Of a stretch of 64,000 bases of DNA, positions 1-11,480 are shown in pieces; the first letter of the stretch is position 1; each line of letters begins with the position of its first letter. A program made the translations under genes and the position numbers. Source of the stretch: Lama guanicoe (lineage: Eukaryota); NCBI GenBank assembly GCA_013239625.1, contig MU054323.1:20419082-20483081 (forward strand), given 5' to 3'. The notes under the pieces are model-generated. The model was given only the letters and a program-made list of their open reading frames with translations. It did no database searches and had not been told where the DNA came from.

Positions 1-8
1 GAGTTACA

Positions 9-47
<39 letters not shown>
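9..47. repeat. (TAAC)n tetranucleotide microsatellite, ~10 copies
   Basis: Directly visible taactaactaac... run. Confidence 0.95.
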
Positions 48-1213
48 ATGTGTGAGGGCAGAGGGAGGGAGACCAGCAGGGCTGCCAGGCCCCTCTCTCA
101 TCTCCAAGTCCTGAGCTCCAGGGGACCCCTTTGCAGACTTGTAGATGGTATGTGCGTGTGTGTGTCTGTCTGTCCATGGATACATCCTTCTTAGGGATGT
201 CTGTGCCACTGAGGAACTGGAAGGCTGCAGAGGGTGAGGGTGATGGGGTGAGGAGTGCTGGAGCTGATGACAGTGACAGAGGAAAGAAGAGGGGATTAGG
301 TGATGAGGATGATGAGATAACTAGCAATTCTCATAAAATCCGAACCCAAACCCTGGAAACCAGAAAGGACTGTGTGGAAGAAGAAGGCACCAGCCATCCA
401 GGTGGAGTGAATGAGACAGGACATGCCTGACTCTTCGAGGTTCAGCGCTGGAAAGGGCCTAGCCGTCTAAACTGTTGGGTTGCTCTCCGCTGGGCGTCGT
501 GGCCATCACCCCCCACACCATGCTAATGTGTGTGCATTGTGTTGTAGTGGGGTGTGAGGGAGGAGGAAGGGCTCTGAGGCCTTGCACCCACTTGGTTCAA
601 GGACCCCTGCTTCTGCTGGTTTTCTACATTCGGGTCCCTCAATTAAGCGTCCTGACTGTAGAAAAGACTCGGAAATCACCTATTTAGAACAAGCCATTGC
701 AACGCCAGTTTTTGTTACTCTCTTTGTGTGGGTTTTTAATGTATTATACACAATTGTTTTTAGTATAATATTATTAGTTCATATGTTTAAAAAATCTAAA
801 ATCAGCATTATTTGTGTTGAAACCTTACCCAGAGAGTTCTGTGCTACATTTAAATTCCAAAGAGGACAAAGGGACACTCATTTAGGACGCATTTTCTTTT
901 CTTTCTTTTTTTAAATTTTGTATTTCCATAATTCTCAAGAGGAGAAAGAAAATGCCAATCAACACAGCAAAGCTTCTGAAGTTCTAGTTCTGCTTCAGAG
1001 AACACAAGAGCATTGACATGGATACAGCTGATGGTGTGGGTCTCCATTTACACCTGATGAGAGTAAAGGAGGCTCTTATTAAAAAAGAAACCAAAAATGA
1101 ATGCTTGCTATCAATAAAAAGATCTCCGTCTCTGCCCACTTCTGCCAGAAAAAAACTTGAAGATCAACGAATATTTCATTTTCATAGTTAATTGCATTTT
1201 CTTGTTATCTTTT

Positions 1214-1351
1214 TTATTTTTGCATTTTTTGAGTGGGGGAGGTAATTAGGTTTATTTATTTATTTATTTAAAATGGAGGTACTGAGGATTGAATCCAGCA
1301 CCTAGTGCATGCTAAGTACACACTCTACCACTGAGCTATACCCTCCCCCCC
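1214..1351 (-). mobile_element. Camelid tRNA-Ala-derived SINE (Vic-1-like), full length with TSD
   Basis: Reverse complement reads GGGGGGAGGGTATAGCTCAGTGGTAGAGTGTGTACTTAGCATGCACTAGGTGCTGGATTCAATCCTCAGTACCTCC, then an (AAAT)n/CCTAATTACCTCCCCC tail. Flanked by an 18-bp direct repeat attttcttgttatctttt (1196-1213, 1353-1370). Confidence 0.9.
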
Positions 1352-1689
1352 AATTTTCTTGTTATCTTTTGAATAGTAATTCATTTGAATAATTATTTAT
1401 TTTAAAATGTTTGTCTCCTAATGATTTGTTTGATTTAATATTAAATTTAATGTTTATATTTCTAGAAATGAATGTTTTACTTAATGTTTTGTTTATTAAT
1501 TTTTGAAATGGAAATAAATGTAATGTTTAGTTTCACTGATTTAAAAATTTATTAATAATTTTGAACACTTAAAATATGTGTATTAAGTAATTGTGTTTTG
1601 GTATTACACAAAAACTAAGCACAGCCTGTGTTGCAATCATTACGTGGGAAAATAACCCTGTCCTGACACAAAGAACAAGCTACCATTCA

Positions 1690-1775
1690 GAGAAATTGAG
1701 GTGACTTACCCCAAGGTCACATGATATTTAGTGAATGGCGAGGGTGGCATATAAATCCTGCTCTTCCTTTGTTCA
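1690..1775 (-). mobile_element. MIR SINE fragment
   Basis: agaaattgaggtgacttaccccaaggtcaca matches the antisense MIR core. Confidence 0.6.
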
Positions 1776-2434
1776 GTCTATAGCATGTCCTCACCCTGCG
1801 CTGCCTCTAGGCCCTCCGACCCAGGAAACACCAGTGTGGTTCCTCCTCCTGTGTGTTCCTGGTCACATCCCTGTTGAAATCCCAAACCTAACTCAGGACT
1901 GCAAGGCTGGGTCCCACTGTTCTTAGAGATGATGAAACCACAGGACCCCAAACCCACTCTCCCTTGCCCATCAGCTCGCAGAACCCAAAGGGCCACGAGG
2001 GTGGATGCCAAGGTCCAAGGAGAGAGAGAAATGGAAGTCAAGAGCCAATAAGTCAGAAGCAGGGTCTAGCCTTCCAGCAGAGGGCCAGCTGCAGAAACAG
2101 TTGGTTTCTGCTGTCTGCCTGCACATCGTGGTGCTGTGTGTCGCCATGTCACACACCGCTGGCTATGCGCTGGTTCAGTGCTGTATTCTCACTGTACAGT
2201 GATGTGCTGCAGGGGATGGGGGCCATCACTTGATGTCCAGTCCCTAGTGTGTCATATGTGTCATGTGAAGGCCTGGCTTAGAGCACTTTACCAGAGAGAC
2301 CCCGGGGCTGGTCCTGGTGACCCTGATCTATCCCAAAGCTTCACTCTGGGTCTGACTTGCTGACAAACATCTCCACCCTCAACTCCCAATTCACAAGCCT
2401 AGGGCCCCATTCCTGGGCAGGCCCAGCTGCAGGC

Positions 2435-2620
2435 CACTGTGCTAATTAATGACTGCTGATTGGCCCGAGAGGCGCACTCATTATGCCCAGTAGAGATCAA
2501 AGCCAGGCCCAATAATCTGCTAAACGAGATGTCAGATTAGGGCATTCTTCTGGGCTATTAGAAAGATTTTTCTCCCTGGGTAAAGGCCTGTCAGGGCATA
2601 TGACCCCATCACCCACCATG
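2435..2620. promoter_or_regulatory. Candidate enhancer with homeobox and TCF/LEF motifs
   Basis: TAATTAAT 2443-2450, CTGATTGG, AGATCAAAG 2494-2502, inverted TAATCTG/CAGATTA. Not repeat-like. Function is inferred. Confidence 0.4.
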
Positions 2621-3199
2621 AGCCGAGCCAGAGGGGGGCTCTGCAGCCTTTCTGCTCCTCTTCCTTTGAATGTGGCCATTTAATGGGACAGCCCCACCCC
2701 AGGGGCCCGCATGATCCCAGGGGAGGTCACAAAATGGGAACGGAGCCCCCTAGGAAAGTCATGTTTGGACAGAGTCAGCTCTGCCTCTCTATCCTTGGGT
2801 TTGCTGGGTGTTAGGGGGAACTGTAGACCTCCCTGGATCTCTGCACTTTCAGTTGTACTCTGGGCTGCCTCAGTTTACCTCCTAGGACTGGGGGTCAAGT
2901 TTAAGGTTGATATCACTCCCTTTTCTCAGAAACTAGCCCCAGACGGACACTTATTTGAAACTGAAAGCCCCAGCCTGACTTTCTCACTCCAGGCTTGAGA
3001 ATGGAGTCCCAGCTTTTAGTGTTAGTGCTACTAGCTATTAATGGCTATCACTAATCAGATGCAGAGAGTGTCAGGAATTGTGCTAACTCTGATTTTATTT
3101 ATATTGTCTGAAAACACTACAAGTTAGGTATTATTAACATCTTCTAAAATACATAAGGAGAGCAAGATTCAGTAAATTGTCCAAGTCACTCCACTTAAC

Positions 3200-3590
3200 T
3201 TAGCAGCAGTTCCAGTGGTGGGTCCTGATTGGCTGAAGTCAGTCAACATGTTGGTTGGTTTAGAGGCAGGCACATGACCTAATTTTGGCCAATGAGAAAG
3301 CGCTAATCACTAGACTTTAAGGGAGGTCCTGGGAAAGGAATTCTTTTTCTCCCTGGATGGTGTGGGGTGAGATTGGGAGGTCTGAAACTGTTGAAGCTAT
3401 TTTTCTCTCACTAGAGAATAATCTGGAGCTGTTGGAGGGGGCGGGTAGCATGGGACCACGTGAGGCCAACATGGTGGGTCTTTAGAATCATAGTTTGAGC
3501 TATTGAGTTGAAAAAAACTAAATGAGCAAATACATTGTCTTTATTGTTTAAACCAGTTTGAGCCAGGCTATCCTGCAAATAAAAGTCTGG
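3200..3590 (+). mobile_element. MLT1 (ERVL-MaLR) solo LTR
   Basis: cacatgacctaattttggccaatgaga...tttattgtttaaaccagtttgag, typical MLT1 blocks. Confidence 0.7.
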
Positions 3591-4084
3591 TGCACAGCCC
3601 CTGTCCCAGAGGAAGGAATCAGATGTGCCCAGTGGATCTGGGCCCCAAGAGTCAGCCCCTGGGGTGAGTCCACCTTGGAAAGCAGGAGACTGTTGGAAGC
3701 AGGCATGGCAGTCTGCCACTTACTGTGGTCACCACTTGTCCTGCTGGCTACTGTCCCAACCTCCACCTCAACCCATCCTGGCTACAGCCTCACCTGCCAC
3801 CTCTGCTTCTCAGAGGCTACTTTGCCTGACCACTCATGGTACAGGCTCTGCTCACTATTTTCCACCATCATCCATCCAGCCCAGCCTAGTTGGGACACCC
3901 AGAGCCAGCCCAGGCCCTGACCAGCCCTCGGTGTTGGTTAGGATTAGGTTTGATTGCAAGAAACAGACACTCAAAGTGACAATGGCTTAAACAAGATAGA
4001 AAGCTATTTTAACAGGAAGTACCTAACGTTCTCGAGATGAGGGTTCATGGCTGGTGGGGCAACAGTGTTCATTTGTACCTTCAC

Positions 4085-5770
4085 TCTTTTTACATTGGTC
4101 ATCTTTGCCAGAGGTTTGTCTACTTTCTCAGTCTTTTCAAAGAACCAGGTTTTGGTTTTGTTGATGCTTGCTATGCCCGTTTTCTATTTCATTAATCTCT
4201 GTCCTCGTCTTTATTACTTCTTTCCTTCTACTTTATTTGAGTTTACTTTGTTGTTTCCCTCCTCCCTAACATGTGCTGGACAATTAACTCTAAGTTGTAG
4301 CCTTCACTTTTCTGACATCAGCCATAAATGAAAATGGAAATTTCTCTCTCTCTAACATCCATGTAGCTGCATCAAGAAATTTAGAAATACTGTTATTTTA
4401 ATTATTATTAAGTCCTAAATATTTTCTCACTTCCATTATAATTTTTTTCTTTAACTGTTGAGTTATTTAGGAATGTGTGTATCAATTTACAAAGTAATGT
4501 CTTAAAAGTTATCTCTTGCCATCAATTTCTAATCTCTGGTGTGTGTAATATAACACACAGTCAGTTTTTATAAATATTCCAAGAAAAAAATGAACAATAC
4601 AATGACTGACTGAAGTGTTCCATATTTGTCCATAAAATTGTTAATTTGAATCATTACTAGGAGTGTCTCCTTGATCTCTGTTATAGAGAGATGTACTATG
4701 ATTGTGGAACTGTCAGTTTCTTTTCTGTAATTCTTTTTTTTATTTTGAAGTCATGTTATTAGGTGTCTACACGTTAAAAGCTGTTATCTTCCTAGTGAAT
4801 TTCCTTTCATTATCATGTATTGACCTTCCTTATCCTTAATGATGGTTTTTGCCTGAAAGTCTATTTTATCTGATATTAATATTACTCTACCAGCCTTTTT
4901 TCAGTTACTTTTTTTTTCTATTATATCTGATTCCATCCTTTTACTTCACACTTTCTGGGTCCATATATTTTAGTATGTCTCTTATAAATAGCATCTAGCT
5001 AGATTAAAAACATCCAGTTAAATAACAATCACTGGCTAAGTTGGCTCATGTACATTTATTGTGGCTTCTGCTGTATTTGTTTACCTGGGAATGTCTTAAT
5101 TTCTCTTTTATTTTTGAAGGATGGTCCTGCTGAATATAGAATTCTTGATTGACAGTCTCTTGCATTTGACGAGTTGTTTTTTTTCTCTAGCTGCAGTCAG
5201 GATTCTCTTCTTGACTCTCTTTTGACAGTGGCTATGATGTGTCTAGGCGTAGATGATCTAATATGGCAAGTCTGGAAATCAGATTCTCCTCTTCTTGAAG
5301 GGTTTGTTGTTGTACTATTGCTATTGGTTTGCTTAGTGACTTTGCTGGACTAATTCTGTAAAAGCTGTATTTCTTGTATATGCAGCCATTGAAGTCTCTG
5401 CTTAGTCAGACAGCCAAGTGGCCAACTAATGATTGGTCAGAGAGTTACTTAGTTGCTTTGAACAAAATTTTGTAGATTTTTCCATGTCAACACATGAAGC
5501 TCTAGAACATTCAGTTCAGCCTCTGTATAGTATTCCATTGTACAAATGTACCTCCATTTATTGGTCCTTTTATCTATTCATAGACATTTAGGTCATTTTA
5601 AGTATTTTGACATTACATAGAAAGTAGCATTGAATGTCTTTGTGTCTTCCAGTTCATGTCGGAGAGTTTTCTACCATATATACCTGGATGTGTAATTGCA
5701 GGGTGATAGAACACGTATCTTCAACTATAGGAGATGTTGCCAAACTGTTCTCTAAATAATTGTACTCTAA
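4085..5770 (-). mobile_element. Old L1M fragments (ORF2 and 3' end, several pieces)
   Basis: T-rich antisense L1 signatures: gtcttttcaaagaaccaggttttggttttgttgat, ctgaaagtctattttatctgatattaat, gaatatagaattcttgattgacag, tagtattccattgtacaaatgtac. Confidence 0.8.
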
Positions 5771-7895
5771 TCGCACTCATTTATGTATCTGTTATCAGTA
5801 TAGCTTTTTAGGTTTTTTTTTAGACTTAGCTTGAAAGCTGACCTCAAAAGACTTCTCAGGGCCTTTTGTGGTTCCCCTGCCCCACTGGAAATGCTGTTTC
5901 TATGTTGCATTTCCTTCACTTTGCCTTGTGCCACTGTTACTATGGATATCCCTTGTCAACTACAAGATTCAGTTTTCCTGGAGGACGTGCACTATGGCTT
6001 GTTCATCAGAGCGTCCTGCAAAAAAGAATCAGACACACAGCAGTCACAGAATTGAATGACTCACGATCTTTTTCTGGACCTGATCCAGGTCCAGTCCCAC
6101 AGGGGAGCCTTCAGCTTTCCCTTTTTCTCCCCCGAATATTTCAACTCAGCTGAGTTTACCCAGTATTACTGAGCACCTAAGTCTGAAAACAGTCACTTTG
6201 AGATGCGTTAGGGCTGCGATCAAGGAGGTCTCCACGCGGAAATTTTGGCCCAGCTCCTCTTCCTGCTGTGAAATGCAAGCTTCCTCATGAGCTGCCAACT
6301 CAGGCAAACAACTCTGATTGTGGGGAGGTGGTCATTTGAGGTTTGGAATAATTTGGATGTTGCTGGGAGGAAGTTAACCTCTGCTTAGCCGACCTTTCTC
6401 TGTGCAAGTACAAAAAGTGCAAAAACAATGTTAGGAGAGACATTCAAGCGAGACTTTTAAAATCACATTTGAAGCACGCCATTCACATATAAACAATTGC
6501 TTTGCTGGCTACAACTCGTTCTGAGCTGGTCCTTGAAGCAGTGCCCCAAGGACCTCTCCTGGTCACACCTGGTTCCCATTACTGTATCTACTTAAAAGCA
6601 GCAAAGCTGCCTTTTTTCAAAAAGTACTGGGAAGCACGATAATTCACTCTGACCTGCCCCAGGTTGTCCAGATGAGCTTGTCTGACAGTTTCATGTGATC
6701 ACAGCTATCCACAGCCCCTCATGAAGGCACATTCTGTCCAGACAGAAACAAATCACTGGCCTGCCCATTTAAAATGCCAGTGGGATTCAGCGCATACCTC
6801 TTTGGGCTGAGCCATCTGCCCTGCACACTTCGTTGGCAGTGCACCGCTTCCTGTATGCAGGCACGTTCACCTTGTACAAATGGGACTGCCTGCAGGTGCC
6901 TGGGACCATGGATGGAAGTCCCACCCCTTTGAACTATAAAAGAGGACTGGGAGAGGTGGGAGTTGGTGGCTTTTGGGGGAGAGTGCAGCTCTGAGAGAGA
7001 GAGAGAGGCTTTCCTTCCCCTTCCAATGGAGAGGGAAAGGGAGCACTTTCTTTTCCTTAAAGCCAAAGGAGGGGGACACCAAGAAACCCATTTTTAAAGT
7101 AACTATTACCCATGCATCCTGGATGGTTCAAAATGATTCAAAAATCATTTGCCCACATTGAAATTTCTTTTCAGGAAGTTAAGAAAAATACCTCTTTTGA
7201 AGGTGCTTGCAAAAGCCGTTTTATATTTTTAAGGGGTCCACAAAATGGGAGAAGGGCATTTCTGCTCTGCCCCTGTGTGACAGGGGCAGGAGAGGGAACA
7301 ATTCGGGAGGGCTGGCAGAGAGGAGAGAAGCAGCTTGCTCTCCTGCTATTTGGCAAAGCCAGGATTCCTGAGTTTCTTGTGGGTTTAGCGGATGCCAGAT
7401 AAGGCAGCTGGACTTGAGTCCTTTACTGTTACCCACTCCTCCCTTCCCCCTCCTCCCTCCCTTCTATTTCTCCCCACCTCACCCCCACCACCTGCCCTCC
7501 CTGGCCAGCAGGCTGCCTGTTGAGTGAGAAGCACCAGCAGCAAAGTGCCCTTTGCTTCTTGCAGAGCCTTCTGAGAGCCCAGACATTCATCCCAGGGGAG
7601 AGCCAGCCCATGGATGGCTGCTCCACCAAGGGCACCAAAGGTTGTTTGGCTTAACTAAATAATTAGCAGAGGCAGTCAGCCTGGAGAGGACTTCAGCCTA
7701 AATTAGAAGATGTGCGCCCTTTTCCTTCTCCCTCTTCTTTGTCCCAAGCACCAGGTGACCTGGACCTAGAAGGAGGTGGGGGAAAGTGCGTGAAGATCGG
7801 ATCAGATCCCTTCTCCACCTCAGTTAACTGGGGCTACCGCTCTGGCGTCTCCTGGGAAAGGGATGAGAAGAAACAAACCACCGAGCAGAACTGAG

Positions 7896-8040
7896 AAGCT
7901 CAGTGGTATAGTGTGTGCTAATATGCACGAGGTCCTGGGCTTAGTCCCCAGTACTTCCATTTAAAATAATAGTAATAAATGAATAAATAAATGAATCTAA
8001 TTAACTGCCCCCCCCCCGAACAAAACAAAACAAAAAACCC
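7896..8040 (+). mobile_element. Camelid tRNA-Ala-derived SINE (Vic-1-like), slightly 5' truncated, with TSD
   Basis: agctcagtggtatagtgtgtgctaatatgcacgaggtcctgggcttagtccccagtacttcca, AT-rich tail, poly-C and (AAAAC)n. TSD agcagaactgag at 7884-7895 and 8045-8056. Confidence 0.88.
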
Positions 8041-10879
8041 AACAAGCAGAACTGAGTCTTAAGTTATGGAACCAGATTGTCCTAGAAACTCAAGGAGATT
8101 GAAAAGTATGTGTTGGACCAAGTTATAGTTAAGGGCACCTTGAACCAATGAGAAAAGGAATTTGTCATAGTATAGGTAGGGGAAGATAAAAGACAGGACC
8201 ATTTTTGTGTTTATTTCCTGCTAAGGTGAGACTCTTTAATAAACCAGTTATATTGGTGAACTCTTTAAGGATTAGCATACGGTCCTATGGACTCATAAAC
8301 CCTAGACTTGATTAATGGAGCTACAAACGTGAGACCACAATGAAGCATCAAGAACAGCTAAGGCCAAGCTTTAAAGATAAATAAAACCTCCAAGAAGAGA
8401 TTCGATTGTTGGAAAGTGATTTTTGAATCAGGAAACATGAGTGCAATGAATTCACAGTGGAGACTCAAAGAGAATTGTCATCATTCTGGAAAAGGGCTGA
8501 AGAGATGCTGTGGAGGACCATGGTAGGCTTTGTGCTAGCCAGAGTTATACCAGAGCAGAAACTGACCGTGAATAGAGCGGCGAGTGGGTGAGAGGAGAAC
8601 ACCACGCGAAGAAAAGCAAAGATGCTGTGAGAGGAGGCTGTTCTCTGCCTTGCCTCAGTCCCAATTCCCCTTCCATTCCTCCTCTCTCCTTACAAATGAG
8701 TTGCTTACAAATCTGTGACTCATGTGGTCCAGACTTAGTGGTGTTGGTTCAAGAGAACAGAGTTCAAAAGCCAAACGTGATGTCATTAGAACTTAAGTTC
8801 TTTCCTTGGATGTCTTGGTCATGAAAGCAGATACTTCTGAGTCTATGATCTGTTTCTCTCTCTGCCTCCATGCCTCCCCAGGGCACATTCTTTCTCCTGT
8901 CCGCATAACTCCACCCTACAGCTACCCAGGGCCTCTCAGATCTCCCTCTCCTTTTCCCATTACTTCCAATTCTGCTTGTCAAAGTCCCTGAGGACTACCT
9001 TCCCTGGCAGAGATGTCTTCAAAGGTGGGAAAGAGAGGCAAGGAGGTGGGCCAGCCAGAGTTCCCTTAGCAGGAGAGGGGAGGGGGAGGCTTGGAACCTT
9101 CACTGGTTAATGATTTGATCCCATCAAAATGCAAGTATATAGGTTCTCTATGGCCAGCTGACCCTGGCGACGACACTCTGTGACTCCGAGTGAGTTACTT
9201 ACCCTCTCTGGGCTGCAGGTTCTTTAGATTTAACCAATTTAGGTGATTCCTGCCTTATGGAGGTGGCTGTGAAGGTTGAATGGAAGACCTGTGAGAAACT
9301 GTCCCCTCAAGCCCAGGGGCTGAGCACACCTCTCTGTGGCCCCCGGGGACATGGGAGTGCCACCGCCTGCAGCTCAGGGGACACACGTCCCTCAGAGCCT
9401 CCAGGATGAGGGGTTCTCCTTCTCCCCCTGAATCCAGCTTCTTGAGGGCCAGAGCCCTCCTCTCAGCTGCTCTGGGCTCTCTCTGACTCCCTGCTTCTTC
9501 CTTAAGACCTGGCCCAGCTGTCTGGAGGCTTCTGCTTTCTTCAGATGTCAGAGGAAGCTGACATTTCATCTGGTTTCCTGGTTACTTTGATTTGATATTC
9601 CTTGATTGTGTGCTGCGGTGTCCCAGGCCTTGCTGTGGGAGCCTCTGGCATTAGCTTTAGAGGTGTCGAGCTGGGAGGCTGGTTGGGAAACGTTCCTTCT
9701 TAACATCCAGGCAGAAGGGCTTCCCTGCTCAGGCTCAGGCCCCAAATCTCCAAGCAAACGCCTTCTCCGGGCCCAGGATCTCTGCATTTGCCATGTTCCC
9801 TTTTGCTGCCCTGACTGGGTCAGGTCCCCTGGGTCTTCTTAGATGGATGGACCCTTCCCTCCTGCCCAGGACGGGGGCCCTGATGCCAGCAGTCCCACTT
9901 CCCCTGGCATGGCCCTGGCACTGCCTGGAAATGTGGCTTTGGGGGTCAAAGGTGGAAATTTGAGGGAGGCAGGGAGGAAGGAAGGAAGGCGGGGGAGGGA
10001 GGAAATAAATCAGTCACAGCTCCATCTCAGGGCTACGATGTGAGGCTCCTAGGATTCTCTCTGTAAAGGGCGAGCTCCGTGCCTGACACACATGTAGGTG
10101 CCCCTCAGAGATGTCAGGTGGCTACTGATCTAATGTGTCGGCTTATTCATTTATGAGTGTCGAAAGGAGGAAAATACCTGCCACACTTGCTTCTCTTTGC
10201 TTAGTGTGTCTTGGGGCCAGCAGAACCAGTGCACGAGATCAACTGTTGATACTCAGTAACTCTGCTCACCCAGGATATTTGGACACACAGGAGTGGATTC
10301 ACCTTTTCACTGTCTGCGAACAAAGCAGGACTAGTGTCAACAGGATGGGGAGGCCCAAGGAGTGGGGAGTGAGAAGCTGTTTAACCCACTTACAGAATCT
10401 GCTGCTTAGAAACACAAACAAATAGTGAGTGTGCTAATTACGAAGGATAACGAGGTTTGACAGTTTTCAACACACATCAGTCATCTCATTCAAATCTCCT
10501 GACAGCCTGTGAGATGGGCCAAGCATTCTTCCTGGATGTATGGGTGCACTGCTGAGGTGACTATGAGCCAGAGAGCTTCTAGAACTTTTGCAAGTTAGCA
10601 CCACTGAGCGTGGATTCAGACCCAGGGCTGAGTGTCACGGCCTCGAGGGCAGACTGCCCTTTTCACCACTGGGTCGGCTCCTCTGGGCAGCCCTCGGCCA
10701 GTGCGGCAGTCGGTGGTAACTCAGCGTGTCACTCTCTCCCGTTGGTGGAGGGGTGACCCCTGTCTCAGCACCCCGGGTCTCAGGAGGCTCTTTGTGCTGA
10801 TCCTAAACAGGCCCCTTAGGCCTGGGAGTTAGTCCACTGGTGAGCTGGGGGCGTGGATGGGGCAGGAGCACCAGCCTTG

Positions 10880-11060
10880 GGGCTGGACAACCCTGGAGTT
10901 CCAAACCCAGGCACTTACAAGCCGTGACTTCAGGAGGGTCACCCTCTGTGCCTGGGCCTCATTTCCTTCAAGTGTAAGGGGGTTGGGGAGCTGGGGAGTC
11001 AGGTGTGTAATAATTCCAACTTCTTATACTTGTGAGTTTCTCATGCTTGCCCCATAAATG
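10880..11060 (+). mobile_element. MIR SINE
   Basis: cacttacaagccgtgacttc...tgggcctcatttccttcaagtgtaag...taataattccaacttcttat. Confidence 0.6.
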
Positions 11061-11359
11061 TGCTTTCATCTCGGTGGCCACAGAGACTCCTCAAGGCCAC
11101 TCAGGAAGATGGCAGGAGAGAGAAATGCTCAGGGTACTGGGGCTGGAAGAGGAGTAACTCAGCGTCTTCCCCAGCCAGAGGCCTCTTGCACGAATCTATA
11201 GGTCTCTGCAGTTTTCTGAGTGCTTTGCACACTTAGCCTAGGATAGCTGGTATCCCCTTTTACCATTGACGAAGCTGAGGTCGGGAGGAGGAGGGAAGAT
11301 TAGGAATGCTAATGCCCACCTTGCTCTGCATCCTCTGACACCTTTTTCACCCTTTAGGG

Positions 11360-11480
11360 AACTTATGGGGTTAGTATTATTGTGCCCATTTATGGCTGAC
11401 GAGACTGAGGCTCAGAAAGGAGTAATTTGCCGGCGGCCACACAGCTACCAGATGATGGACTAGGATTGATACCTGGGGGT
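11360..11480 (-). mobile_element. MIR SINE fragment
   Basis: attattgtgcccattttatggctgacgagactgaggctcagaaaggagtaatttgcc. Confidence 0.65.
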
